64,000 nt of DNA from a virus (taxonomy: Duplodnaviria; Caudoviricetes), in the IMG/VR virus record IMGVR_UViG_3300033074_000233, positions 64,001 to 128,000 of that record. The stretch is one strand, 5' to 3'. This document shows, piece by piece, positions 21,082 through 30,531 of this stretch. Both the position numbers and the translations under genes were made by a program. How positions within the stretch are numbered: the stretch's first letter is position 1; each line of letters starts with the position of its first letter. The notes below the pieces were generated by a model. That model saw only the letters and a program-made list of their open reading frames with translations, searched no databases and was not told where the DNA came from.

Positions 21082-21888
21082 ATGTTGAAGAAGACCTCAA
21101 CGGACAAGGTCAGCCTGGGAATGCGCTGCGGGGACTGTATCCACTTCCAACGTGGTCCCGCCAAGTTTGAGAAAACGTGCAACAAAATGGGGGTAGATGG
21201 TAAGTCCAAAGCCCCTGACTGCTTTTCACCTGATGTTTTTCGGCTCAACTCTGGAACCAGTCCTGAACTTCTAGGCCAGATTGGCCGGTTGATCAAAGAC
21301 TTGGCGCCAGCCCAAAGTCGTATCTTGTCCCACATCCTTGCCAAGAATGGAAACTCCATACACAAGCACGGCTTCAAGTTCGGCCAGCCGGTGTACTTCA
21401 CTCTCGGCGATGAGTTCCTGTCCCACTACTTCAAAGGCTACGTTATCGGTGCTTGCGACGACTACGTTTACGTTGCGTCCAAACTGAACAAGGCCAGAAG
21501 CAATACCTCTGTTACGTTTATGCCGCAGTCACTTCTTTCCTACAAGCAGTACAAGGAGAAGGAAAAGCGGTTGTTGAAGTCCAAGAAAATCTTTATGTCC
21601 GAGCGTGACAAAGCCCTTGTCAAGAAACTGCCCCTGGCAGAGCACATCGACAAGCATGGCTGCGTGAAACTCCCAGAACAGGTTGAATTGGAATACGAGC
21701 CGCCTACGCTCGATACGGCACCTGCTGCATGGTTCAATATCTACGAGAGCACGATGCAGACCAAACTCCGCAAGAAAAAGCCTAAGGGCAAGAAGGCGAA
21801 GTTGGGCGACATTAAGTTCAAGGGAGACGATACCTATACCAGCGTTGGAGGCCTTAAGTCCCGTGTAATCCGTGCGAAGAAGTCCTGA
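21082..21888 (+). CDS. Hypothetical protein, Cys-rich N-terminus
   Basis: CGDC..C..C; AGGA RBS. Confidence 0.7.
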   Translation: MLKKTSTDKVSLGMRCGDCIHFQRGPAKFEKTCNKMGVDGKSKAPDCFSPDVFRLNSGTSPELLGQIGRLIKDLAPAQSRILSHILAKNGNSIHKHGFKFGQPVYFTLGDEFLSHYFKGYVIGACDDYVYVASKLNKARSNTSVTFMPQSLLSYKQYKEKEKRLLKSKKIFMSERDKALVKKLPLAEHIDKHGCVKLPEQVELEYEPPTLDTAPAAWFNIYESTMQTKLRKKKPKGKKAKLGDIKFKGDDTYTSVGGLKSRVIRAKKS

Positions 21889-21897
21889 GGCTCGCGC

Positions 21898-22983
21898 ATG
21901 ATAACCGGAGACTTCGGTAACTCCATCGAACGGCACATAGCCAAGCACTACAAGAATTTTCGTAGACTTCCCAAGACGAAGCGCAGGATTCTTGTCGATG
22001 CTACAATACGTTATGCTTTTCGCACCATAAACGCAAAGGACTACGAGGCCACTTTTCGCGCAGTAACGGAACACAAGATCAGGCTCATCGAACTCCGACG
22101 GTCCCTTTTGTCGGATGGGTACGTGATGAAGAACCTCAAGATGTATCTGTACTACGCACACACCAACAGGCGCACGGACCTGAAAGATGTGGAGAAGGCT
22201 TTTCGAGTTAAACTGCGTGATCGCCACTTGTACAAGACCCTGCTTCCTGAAACTCGCCGTCAACTGGACGAGTTCAAGCGTAAGGGTTTCAAGGCAATGA
22301 CCTTGTATGGCTTTGATGAATCCTGTGTACTTGCGTTGAAGAAAGTGAAAAACTTTACCCGGAAGTTCGTCAACCGGAAGATGAAGTTCATCATGACCTC
22401 CGACTCACAAGAGACCCACGACATTGCGGCCCATCTGGAAATGAATGGCTTGCAGGCCCTGATGCTTTACTATCCGGCCTTCGAGACAATGGAACACCTC
22501 ATCAACATAATGAAGCGTACCATCCACAACACCGGCATCAACTACATCGAAAAGCACACGTCGGCTAAACGGGGTAAATTGAGTCGGGACTCGGCTGGTG
22601 TTTTTACTGCGAAGGTTGTTCCGCTTCACAGTGTTGCAGTAGAGAAGGAATTGTCCACGATAGAAAATGGTACGCTAATAGATGGAAGCCGAGAGGACAC
22701 CTTCTCATTGCGTATTACGGTAGAGAAACTGCTTGCGAAGTTTAGCGACAAACGACAGCAGTTCCTTCAACTGATGATGGGACATTACAGCGAGGAATTT
22801 AGCCGCTACCTTAGAGAGGCGGGTCTGTCCACCTTGGACAACGACCTCCTTTGGGAACGTGCTCAAGACCTTGAAGACTATATCCAACACACCCTGGACT
22901 TTCTTGGGGTCAGTTATTCTACAGGCGATAAGTTCGTTAGTCACCTGCGTAAGGTATTGGCTGATTTCCACGAGGTAGCATGA
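21898..22983 (+). CDS. Divergent sigma-factor-like transcription protein
   Basis: Region-2-like IMKRTIHNTGINYIEKH; region-4-like VEKLLAKFSDKRQQFLQL. Confidence 0.45.
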   Translation: MITGDFGNSIERHIAKHYKNFRRLPKTKRRILVDATIRYAFRTINAKDYEATFRAVTEHKIRLIELRRSLLSDGYVMKNLKMYLYYAHTNRRTDLKDVEKAFRVKLRDRHLYKTLLPETRRQLDEFKRKGFKAMTLYGFDESCVLALKKVKNFTRKFVNRKMKFIMTSDSQETHDIAAHLEMNGLQALMLYYPAFETMEHLINIMKRTIHNTGINYIEKHTSAKRGKLSRDSAGVFTAKVVPLHSVAVEKELSTIENGTLIDGSREDTFSLRITVEKLLAKFSDKRQQFLQLMMGHYSEEFSRYLREAGLSTLDNDLLWERAQDLEDYIQHTLDFLGVSYSTGDKFVSHLRKVLADFHEVA

Positions 22984-22990
22984 GGTAGTT

Positions 22991-23233
22991 ATGGCTACAA
23001 AACTTTTCCTGTTTGCAGAGACACAAAAGCAAGCCTTAGACTATGCGAGGAAGAACAAGTTTGGTATGGGGACTTTCGATGTGCTTTCACGGGTCGATGG
23101 ACTCTTGGCATACGAGCCACCTATCAACGTGTTGCTTATTGGCAGGGTCGAGAAGAGGGCAGACTATGAAGACCTGCAGGCGATCTTACTGGAGGTGAAA
23201 GCCACAGTGAATCGCATATCAGTGTCAGTCTAG
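22991..23233 (+). CDS. Hypothetical protein
   Basis: GAGG RBS, 80 aa. Confidence 0.6.
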   Translation: MATKLFLFAETQKQALDYARKNKFGMGTFDVLSRVDGLLAYEPPINVLLIGRVEKRADYEDLQAILLEVKATVNRISVSV

Positions 23234-23259
23234 AATCAAAAGTTTGCTGCGGAAATGAG

Positions 23260-23286
23260 AAAGGGGCCCTTGCAGGCCCCTTTTTT
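23260..23286. terminator. Terminator between convergent operons
   Basis: AAAGGGGCC-CTTGCA-GGCCCCTTTTTT. Confidence 0.85.
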
Positions 23287-23303
23287 ATTGCTCAAAAAAC
23301 GTC

Positions 23304-23786
23304 TTAAAAGCCTTCTACTGCGTCCTTGTGCTCGTCACAAAAGTACGCGGTGTTACCCATTACACCGAGCAGAATCAACTTTGACATTGACGGCTTATTG
23401 TTGCAACCGTCAATAGCACAGACTTTTGGATTACTCATCCTAAGTCTAGTCTCTTCCAATACAGGCACATGGAACTGTGGCTTGTTGTCTTCACCCTCAG
23501 ATAGGGCAATACCAACGAATGCCTCAGGTTCGTCATCTTCCAAAGCCTCGGCCTGAATCTCAACTCGATCATCCTCCTTAAATTCAAGAGTATTGACTAC
23601 GACCTTATCTGTTACGTCAACCTTAACGCCGTCTCTTGTTACAACAATGGCGCCGAGTGGATCGTTTTTGGCTGTCTGAAAAAGGGTTACCAACTGCTGT
23701 AACTCATCGGGCGACGGCGTCCAATCAGGCGATCCTGCTTGAATGTGCAGAACCTTTCTGGTACCTACGTCTGCAAGTGTCTTCAT
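23304..23786 (-). CDS. Hypothetical protein; N-terminus possibly portal-like, C-terminal CxxxxC..CxxH Zn finger
   Basis: VLHIQAGSPDWTPSPDELQQLVTLF...DPLGAIVVTR; CAIDGC...FCDEH. Confidence 0.6.
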   Translation of the reverse strand: MKTLADVGTRKVLHIQAGSPDWTPSPDELQQLVTLFQTAKNDPLGAIVVTRDGVKVDVTDKVVVNTLEFKEDDRVEIQAEALEDDEPEAFVGIALSEGEDNKPQFHVPVLEETRLRMSNPKVCAIDGCNNKPSMSKLILLGVMGNTAYFCDEHKDAVEGF

Positions 23787-24470
23787 TTAGTTCGCGCTCC
23801 CAACCTTGCCAGTGATACGCTGGATGTTGCGGCTGCAGAAACTACGCAACTGGGTGAACTCCTTGGGAGAGTTACGCAGCACATAACGATAGTCCTCTTC
23901 GGTCAGTTCACCGAGAGTACGCAGCGTATTGATCGCAGCCATTTCTTCCTTGTCTTCTTCCAGCGAGGAAACTACCTGGAGAACGGCCGGAGTGATGCGA
24001 ACATCTTCCTCGTTCATATCACCGCTTGCAACCTCAGAACGACCCGCCTGATTGCGTTGCAGTGAGGCCAGAGCAGGATCGACCACGTTGTCCTGGTTGC
24101 CATCCATGATATTGTCCAGCGACTGGACCGTATTCATGTAGGCCTGCTGTACGTTGTACAGCCGGTCGTTTTCTTCCTTGGCACCCTCTTGTCCCATCAG
24201 GCGAGAGTATTCCTCTTCCGAGATAATCTCCACGCGGCGCGAGTTTACGCACTTGCGGAACTCACTCGATTCCAGCAACTGCTTACGGCTCACTTGCTCG
24301 GTCAGGTCAATCGGAATGAATGTGCCTGGAATAATCACGGCGTCAGAACCCATGCCGTTTGCTTTTGGCACTGGAAACACGATACGGCCTTTCTCGATGC
24401 CTACCGTTTTGTTCAGTACGAAAATGCCACCTTTGTCACTTTTCTCAAGATCACGAATGGTAAGAGCCAT
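23787..24470 (-). CDS. Hypothetical phage protein
   Basis: 227 aa; GAGG RBS; strong codon bias. Confidence 0.75.
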   Translation of the reverse strand: MALTIRDLEKSDKGGIFVLNKTVGIEKGRIVFPVPKANGMGSDAVIIPGTFIPIDLTEQVSRKQLLESSEFRKCVNSRRVEIISEEEYSRLMGQEGAKEENDRLYNVQQAYMNTVQSLDNIMDGNQDNVVDPALASLQRNQAGRSEVASGDMNEEDVRITPAVLQVVSSLEEDKEEMAAINTLRTLGELTEEDYRYVLRNSPKEFTQLRSFCSRNIQRITGKVGSAN

Positions 24471-24473
24471 TGG

Positions 24474-25088
24474 TTAGTACCTCTTTGGCGTTTGATTTAT
24501 GACTACCGCTATGGGTTTTTTCTTGCGGTTGAACGACTTGTTGCGATTAGACACCTTCTTGAGTACAGCCTCCCTCAAACCTAAAATACTGGACAACTTG
24601 AATTTGCCTACTGCCTTGTTCTCTTTAACGAAGGCCTTGTAGTTCTTCTTACGGCAGAGTTCCACAAATAGTGTCAGACTCATGCCGAACAAATCATTCC
24701 ACGCGAAGCCTACGTCTCTTAGTGACTTAAGGAAGGGATCGGCTTCCACTTCCTCATGCAACTTCCTGCCCCTCTTCGCCTTTACGAACTCGACATAACG
24801 GTCGAGGATCAGTATCTTCTGTATGGCCGACTTTGATCTGCGTACTTCCAACGCGGCGGCCTCCAAACTCATACCTCGTCTAACTGCTACATCCGTGTCG
24901 TCTGCCTTATCGCTGTAGGAACAATTACCTGATGCCTTAGTACAATGCCACATACACATGGTGTTAGGGCATTCGTGCATCTTTATTTCCGAGAGCGGGC
25001 ACGTGACCGTTTTAATCCTTTCTTGGCTTTTACCTTTGGCTTTGTTATTCTCTTGCGCTTGGGTTTTTTGAGCGGGCTTAACGTGCAT
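24474..25088 (-). CDS. Hypothetical Cys-rich basic protein
   Basis: CP...CP..CMWHC..C; start at ATG 25088 is a guess. Confidence 0.6.
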   Translation of the reverse strand: MHVKPAQKTQAQENNKAKGKSQERIKTVTCPLSEIKMHECPNTMCMWHCTKASGNCSYSDKADDTDVAVRRGMSLEAAALEVRRSKSAIQKILILDRYVEFVKAKRGRKLHEEVEADPFLKSLRDVGFAWNDLFGMSLTLFVELCRKKNYKAFVKENKAVGKFKLSSILGLREAVLKKVSNRNKSFNRKKKPIAVVINQTPKRY

Positions 25089-25609
25089 TCCTCGATCCTC
25101 TCCTTCAAGCGTCTTAGTTCTTTTGGTTTTGCAAAGCGATCCAGAATGTCCACATTCCAAATCTTCTCTGCGGTGTAGAACGCCATAAACGTCGCGTCCA
25201 CCTCGTGAGCCTCTACTCTTATCTCCTTGTAGAATTCCTTAAGGTCGAAAAACTTGTTTGCTCTATTCTTCCAAACCGCCGCAGGCATTATCTGAATTGG
25301 CTGCTTATATGTAACGTGCATGCCACCAAGCATCATGTTCACCGATTCTACAAGCGGTCCTTTTATTCCGCGAGTCATATAACGCTCGGCTACAACGTGC
25401 GTAATCTTGTGTCCTTTAGTGTGGCGCTTTAATTCCTTTAAATACAAACCCAGTTCCTTCTGCATTGCTTTATTCTTTATGTCTGCCGTGCTGACTAATT
25501 TACCTGTCTTGTGCAGACAGTATTTAATCTTGGTACCTTCCTTTTTTAATGACATTACGGCAAAACCGTAATTTTTGGTCCCAGGATCATTGGCCAGCAC
25601 AGTTATCAC
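24983..25609 (-). CDS. ruvC: RuvC-like Holliday junction resolvase
   Basis: LANDPGTKNYGFA, VAERY, HEVDA. Confidence 0.8.
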   Translation of the reverse strand: MITVLANDPGTKNYGFAVMSLKKEGTKIKYCLHKTGKLVSTADIKNKAMQKELGLYLKELKRHTKGHKITHVVAERYMTRGIKGPLVESVNMMLGGMHVTYKQPIQIMPAAVWKNRANKFFDLKEFYKEIRVEAHEVDATFMAFYTAEKIWNVDILDRFAKPKELRRLKERIEECTLSPLKKPKRKRITKPKVKAKKGLKRSRARSRK

Positions 25610-25766
25610 TATTGACCTCGGCTCACTAATTTAATTCATGCTCGATATAATGCGCTACAGAATTAAATTAGAATCTGCGTATGCGGGTTTGCATTCATTC
25701 TTTTCCGATTTTTCCTTCGGTAAAGTCCTGGTTACAATGGCACTTTACAGAATTAGGAGGTAGGCC

Positions 25767-26972
25767 GTGCCGGTCAACTATTCATCCAACCGAACTCTAC
25801 ATGCCCGAAATACCAAATCGGTACCCGTGGCGCAGAAAAGACTTGATCAGGTTGCCGACCTAGCCCAGGAACAATACAATAATGCCTTGTCCGTAAATGG
25901 ATATGATGCGTTGGTGTATGGAAGATTAACTACAGGCCGTCGTTGCACTTGCAGCACTGTATTTAATCACAACACAGAACAAATCCTGGACGAAAAAGGA
26001 AATGCAACTGAGGAACATATTCAGTCTCTCCTCACTGGCAGTGATTTCTCCATTGAGGATTATGCCACAACTGGAAACACGTCCAGTCCGGGTTCCGTAA
26101 TTAAGGGCATGCGTGTAATTACTCCTACAGGTTCTGTGGAGAAGAAAGCACCTTACAAGCCTTCGATTTCGGAAGACGATCCGTTTGCTACCGACATGAA
26201 CTCTGTGCAGACCATTGATGACGCCTTTGCTGAGGTTAATCTTGGATCGGTCTCGGCCAACAAGTGCTCACTCTGCTACGGCAGTGGTTATGTTGGTGGA
26301 TACTCGCTGCATAATGGAAACCGTTTTGTTCTGGACTCCACGTACGCGGATAAAGTCTGCTACGGCTATGCAATCATGCAGGAGCAATACCCTAACCTGT
26401 TTGATATGGCCGATGCTTCTGGCGAGGTTCGTTTCACAGTAACCTTGCCTATTGGCATATTGTCTGTGGATCGGATACAGGTTTGGAATAACAATGTCCC
26501 GGTTAAGGGTGCTGTCGTAAGAATCGGTACCAGTCTCGCTAATTTGATTCCGCTAGATGATGCGACTTTACTGACCTACGCAACTGGTACTCCATGCTTG
26601 ATTGTGGTATCGGAAGCGGATAAGTTTTCGCATCTGGAATTGCAGTTCAATTTGTCCTCGATCCATACCTACATTGAATATCCGAGACTCACCAAAACAG
26701 GTGACCTCAGTGTTCTGGAGGCGATAGACGCGGTACAAATAATCGTGAGTCCTCTTGTCCTGAACGTGCAGCCTTGGGACATCGTTGTTGACAACGTGTT
26801 CAAGAAATCTTGGCGTGTTACCTCAAGCAATTGGTTTAACGATAGAAAAATGAACATACACGGATGGGATTGCCAAGCCCGCTTGGTTCAGCCTTACGAG
26901 GTGTTCGTAAATATGGCAGGCAGATTCAACAATGGTACGCAGTATGTATCAACTAGATTGCCGCGCTTTTAA
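25767..26972 (+). CDS. Putative head-closure/neck structural protein
   Basis: GRRCTC...CSLCYGSGYVGGY motif seen in myovirus neck proteins; AGGAGG RBS; CTAATTT upstream. Confidence 0.55.
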   Translation: MPVNYSSNRTLHARNTKSVPVAQKRLDQVADLAQEQYNNALSVNGYDALVYGRLTTGRRCTCSTVFNHNTEQILDEKGNATEEHIQSLLTGSDFSIEDYATTGNTSSPGSVIKGMRVITPTGSVEKKAPYKPSISEDDPFATDMNSVQTIDDAFAEVNLGSVSANKCSLCYGSGYVGGYSLHNGNRFVLDSTYADKVCYGYAIMQEQYPNLFDMADASGEVRFTVTLPIGILSVDRIQVWNNNVPVKGAVVRIGTSLANLIPLDDATLLTYATGTPCLIVVSEADKFSHLELQFNLSSIHTYIEYPRLTKTGDLSVLEAIDAVQIIVSPLVLNVQPWDIVVDNVFKKSWRVTSSNWFNDRKMNIHGWDCQARLVQPYEVFVNMAGRFNNGTQYVSTRLPRF

Positions 26973-26995
26973 ATAAAATAAACTCGGAGAAAACC

Positions 26996-27430
26996 ATGGC
27001 TGATGATATTCCGAGTGGTGAGATAGGGACGTTGGTGGACCACTTGTTTACGGGCGGAGCGTCCGATGCAGTAATAGCGATCCTCATGCTTGTTGTTGTG
27101 GCTCTTGGATTTTCAATAGTGCAACTGTACAAACGGTTGCTAGAAGCCGAGAAGGAAAGAGTTGCACAGAATGTGCAGCATCAGGATGACCTGAGGTCTC
27201 TGAATAAGGAATACCAGCAAGTAGTAAAAGACATTACCACTGAGTACAAGGATACGCTCAAACAACTGAACGCAGACAACCAAGCATTTGTAAAAGGCGT
27301 TATAAACGAGAACAATGAAAGTGCCGATGAGATTGCCCGGGCACTACAGTCAGTTCAAGTTACGATTGCCGAAATGAAAGCGGTTGTTTCTTTCACCAGC
27401 GCTCGAGGACAGAAACATGGCACGCCTTAA
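26996..27430 (+). CDS. Single-TM + coiled-coil membrane protein (BhlA/UviB-holin-like architecture)
   Basis: TM AVIAILMLVVVALGFSIV then EKER..coiled coil..IAEMK. Confidence 0.55.
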   Translation: MADDIPSGEIGTLVDHLFTGGASDAVIAILMLVVVALGFSIVQLYKRLLEAEKERVAQNVQHQDDLRSLNKEYQQVVKDITTEYKDTLKQLNADNQAFVKGVINENNESADEIARALQSVQVTIAEMKAVVSFTSARGQKHGTP

Positions 27431-28313
27431 AGTCAGTGACCTTATCAAGTCGGAGAAAGCACCGACTGATAAAACTGGTATGTATATGTCACTCTCTTTG
27501 CCATCAAGAGTCAACCTCAAGAACGTAGCCCGTTCCTTACAGGTTGACGCTGAGGAAATGCGTGAAACCATTAACACCTGGAAACAGGACTCAGCCGTCC
27601 TTAACCAGTTGTGTGAGGTTCTTTCCGACGCCGTTATTCGAGTCGATGGCAATGGCCTAATATTTGAGTTCAACGAAGCGGCATGCGCGTTGTTTCATTC
27701 CACTCCAGCCTATATGCTTGGAAAGAATATCTCGGTCATTCTATATACGGACTGGACATCTTTCCTAGATAACTTCGACGATCACCAATCGTTCGAGCAC
27801 ATGATTACAAGGTTAGACGGTTCTTCGCTGCTGGTTTCTACAGCCTTAACCCGTGTTGGTAGTAATGACGGAGAATACATACTGGTTATTCGTGACATTA
27901 CCCAGCGTGTTAAATCCGAGCAGGATATTCTGATACTGTCGGCCGCATTAAATCAGGCTTCCGACGTTATCATCATTACCAATAGCCTTAACAAAATAAT
28001 CTTCGTCAACAATGCCTTTGTAAAGCACACGGGCTATACAGAACAAGAGGCTATAGGTCAAGACCCAAAGTTCCTGAAGTCAGGTGAGACCCCACGCATT
28101 ACTTATGATGCCATGTGGGGTCTTTTGCGTGAGAAGCGCACTTGGGAAGGTGTAGTGATAAACAAGTGCAAGGACGGTAGGTTAGTTGAGGACTACATGA
28201 TTGTGACTCCTGTCATGAACGGTGATCCAGTAAGACCAGCCTTCTACATTTCCGTTAAGCGGACAGAGTGGTGCAAACCGTATGAAACAGATCAAAGTAA
28301 CCTCAAGGGTTGA
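27417..28313 (+). CDS. Tandem PAS-PAS sensor protein without output domain
   Basis: PAS1 DAVIRVDGNGLIFEFNEAACALF...RLDGS...IRDITQR; PAS2 IIFVNNAFVKHTGY...IGQDPKFLKSG...W....WEG..INKCKDG...TPV. Confidence 0.9.
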   Translation: MARLKVSDLIKSEKAPTDKTGMYMSLSLPSRVNLKNVARSLQVDAEEMRETINTWKQDSAVLNQLCEVLSDAVIRVDGNGLIFEFNEAACALFHSTPAYMLGKNISVILYTDWTSFLDNFDDHQSFEHMITRLDGSSLLVSTALTRVGSNDGEYILVIRDITQRVKSEQDILILSAALNQASDVIIITNSLNKIIFVNNAFVKHTGYTEQEAIGQDPKFLKSGETPRITYDAMWGLLREKRTWEGVVINKCKDGRLVEDYMIVTPVMNGDPVRPAFYISVKRTEWCKPYETDQSNLKG

Positions 28314-28602
28314 GGAAGGCGTTGACACAGACGCCTTGCAAAAGCGTTTGCAGTCTGCTTTCAACAGGTACCGCGCTACGATAACCGTTAAGGATACACG
28401 TTCAGGTATAAACGTGCGTGTTGGCCTTGTACCTAATACTCGCCTTGAACTGTCGCAGATAAAGGAAATGTACACCAAAGTAGATAGAATCATCGACGGC
28501 ACATATTCGGATATTTTCGAGGCGCGTGCCAGCTGGATAGAAACAAATGCTACTAAGGGCCTTGACCTCGTAGTCGATTATGTATTCGAGGGAGAAGGCT
28601 AA
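28282..28602 (+). CDS. Hypothetical protein
   Basis: 106 aa, tiles with neighbours. Confidence 0.6.
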   Translation: MKQIKVTSRVEEGVDTDALQKRLQSAFNRYRATITVKDTRSGINVRVGLVPNTRLELSQIKEMYTKVDRIIDGTYSDIFEARASWIETNATKGLDLVVDYVFEGEG

Positions 28603-28970
28603 TGAAGCGCATTGAACAACAGGTCTTGGCCAGACTAGAAACGGCCGGAGGCTTTAGGTCCCCAGCACAAATGCGTGATCTCAAAATCATCCGCAAGAAG
28701 TTTGGCGTAGTCTATTTCGTCGATCCAAAAGATGCAATGGTATTCGCCAAAGGTAAGGGCTTCAAGGTAATAAACCACGGTGGTGCCGACGCCGAGAATG
28801 GCCAAGATGAAAGTGACATGGAGTTCCTCTATGAGGTCACTGATAAGTCCGGCAACACAGTAGGTCTTATCAGCGGCACAGGCCACGAAGGTGAAGGATA
28901 TATCTGTCCTTCAGCCCAGCATTACAAGAAGTGGGAAGCCTACCAACATTCACAACCGCAACGCTCTTAA
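28602..28970 (+). CDS. MKxIE..RL-leader protein
   Basis: Starts MKRIEQQVLARLETA. Confidence 0.7.
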   Translation: MKRIEQQVLARLETAGGFRSPAQMRDLKIIRKKFGVVYFVDPKDAMVFAKGKGFKVINHGGADAENGQDESDMEFLYEVTDKSGNTVGLISGTGHEGEGYICPSAQHYKKWEAYQHSQPQRS

Positions 28971-28987
28971 TTCAACGGAGAAAAGCC

Positions 28988-29335
28988 ATGAAAGAGATAA
29001 CCTTGTCTTACCTGATGAAAATGCTTGCTGTAGCCAAGGCTACAGCGCAGCGCGAAGCCAAGCGTTTGCTTCCTCTTATTGCCCTTTTGGGCATTTTCCT
29101 TTATGTGGACTACGATGGCACCTATGCCATTATCTACATGCTTGGCCTGATGACGTTGATTGCCCTGTTCAGCCACGTTGCACGTCGCCTCATGTTTCCT
29201 TATCTGGACATGAAGGTAATTGCAGATAAGGCCGATGAATCACCTATGAGTTCGGCGATTGTATTTGCCTCTATCGCATTTATCATCGGCTGTTTGATTC
29301 TGACTGTGGGCGGCATGCTGAAAGGCGGAGGCTGA
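28988..29335 (+). CDS. Putative holin (3 TM)
   Basis: Three hydrophobic segments, SHVARRLMFPYLD motif; GGAG RBS; lysis region. Confidence 0.6.
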   Translation: MKEITLSYLMKMLAVAKATAQREAKRLLPLIALLGIFLYVDYDGTYAIIYMLGLMTLIALFSHVARRLMFPYLDMKVIADKADESPMSSAIVFASIAFIIGCLILTVGGMLKGGG

Positions 29336-29336
29336 T

Positions 29337-30530
29337 ATGAAGGCTTTGGCTAGAAAGAAAGCCACAACAGAAGTAGCCTCTGACGGATATAAACCGTGTC
29401 CTGAATGCGGCTCTACTTCCGTAATGCGTGAGCGTTGTCGTGGTTGCAATACTCATTGCAGAGACTGTGGCTATACCTGTTCCAGTGCTCAATGGGATGA
29501 TATTAAAGCCTCAGTTGAGGTTGCTTTCCAGATTCCAGATTGGTTCAAAGAGTTACCCAAAGCAGGTCAGGACAAGTACCTTGAGGAGCATCCGAATTCC
29601 AAGTTGGCCAAGACGTTCAAGGCGAAGCAGAACAAGCCTGCTGATACCTCGAAGTCGCCCACCAACTTCAAAGGTCCAGCAAACAAGAAGACCGCAATGG
29701 GTGATGATCCACGTAAGGAACGCAACATCGTTTCTATGATGGACAAACTCGCCAAGATGGCTGCTGATGCAAAGGCTCAAGGTACTGCTGCACCGAACTA
29801 CGACCTGTGCAAGATTTCTATTCCTGGTACCAACCTGTTCTGCCAAAGCAACAAGGGCATTCCACGCAAGGATATGCCGCAGTTGAAAGGCAAGCCTACG
29901 GCGGGCTCCTGGGCTGATAAGAACCTTGAGAAGGATAAGAACGGTGAAGTAGATGGGGAAGACGCTTTCAAGGCCTTCCTTAAGCAGTCGAACGTGAAAC
30001 TTGACAACAAGCGAATTGACGTTGCCAAGTTGAAGGCCACGCAGACTGAACTGGTTGGTCCTAAAGTTGCTGGCATGCTACAGGCCTTGAAAAAGGACCC
30101 TAAGCATCCAGGTATCACTGCACCGATATTCGTCAGCAAAGACGGCTACATCCTTGATGGTCATCACCGCTGGGCTGCTATGGTTGGCCTGAACATGGCC
30201 GACGGTAAAGTTGATCCAGTAGAAATGGACATCATTGAAGTTGACATGGGCATTGAAGACCTGGTGAAACAGACCAACGACTTTGCCAGCAAGATAGGCG
30301 TAGCACAGAAGGCTGCCAAGACTACGAAAGAAGGCGCGAGTGCGAGATTCTCCTCCGGAGACAAGGTTTACATTTACTGGTTAGCCACGGACAAGTGGGA
30401 AGCGGTCAACTACCGAGGCCCTCTAGGGAGTGATAAGGCTGTAGTAGTGAAAGATGGTATGCAGTTTACTGTAAACGCCGCTGATCTTCGGGATAAACCT
30501 GAGAAGGCTTACACTGGTTGCTGCGGCTGA
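29337..30530 (+). CDS. Multidomain protein: Zn ribbon + HPxSK module + ParB/Srx-like domain
   Basis: CPECG..CRDCG; WFKELPKAGQDKYLEEHPNSK; LKATQ..PIFVSKDGYILDGHHRWAA. Confidence 0.75.
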   Translation: MKALARKKATTEVASDGYKPCPECGSTSVMRERCRGCNTHCRDCGYTCSSAQWDDIKASVEVAFQIPDWFKELPKAGQDKYLEEHPNSKLAKTFKAKQNKPADTSKSPTNFKGPANKKTAMGDDPRKERNIVSMMDKLAKMAADAKAQGTAAPNYDLCKISIPGTNLFCQSNKGIPRKDMPQLKGKPTAGSWADKNLEKDKNGEVDGEDAFKAFLKQSNVKLDNKRIDVAKLKATQTELVGPKVAGMLQALKKDPKHPGITAPIFVSKDGYILDGHHRWAAMVGLNMADGKVDPVEMDIIEVDMGIEDLVKQTNDFASKIGVAQKAAKTTKEGASARFSSGDKVYIYWLATDKWEAVNYRGPLGSDKAVVVKDGMQFTVNAADLRDKPEKAYTGCCG

Positions 30531-30531
30531 G

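Noticed and set aside
18844-26545. Intragenic CTAATTT copies at 18844 and 26539 as promoters
   Set aside because: Inside CDSs and more than 400 bp from the next start; a 7-mer can occur by chance
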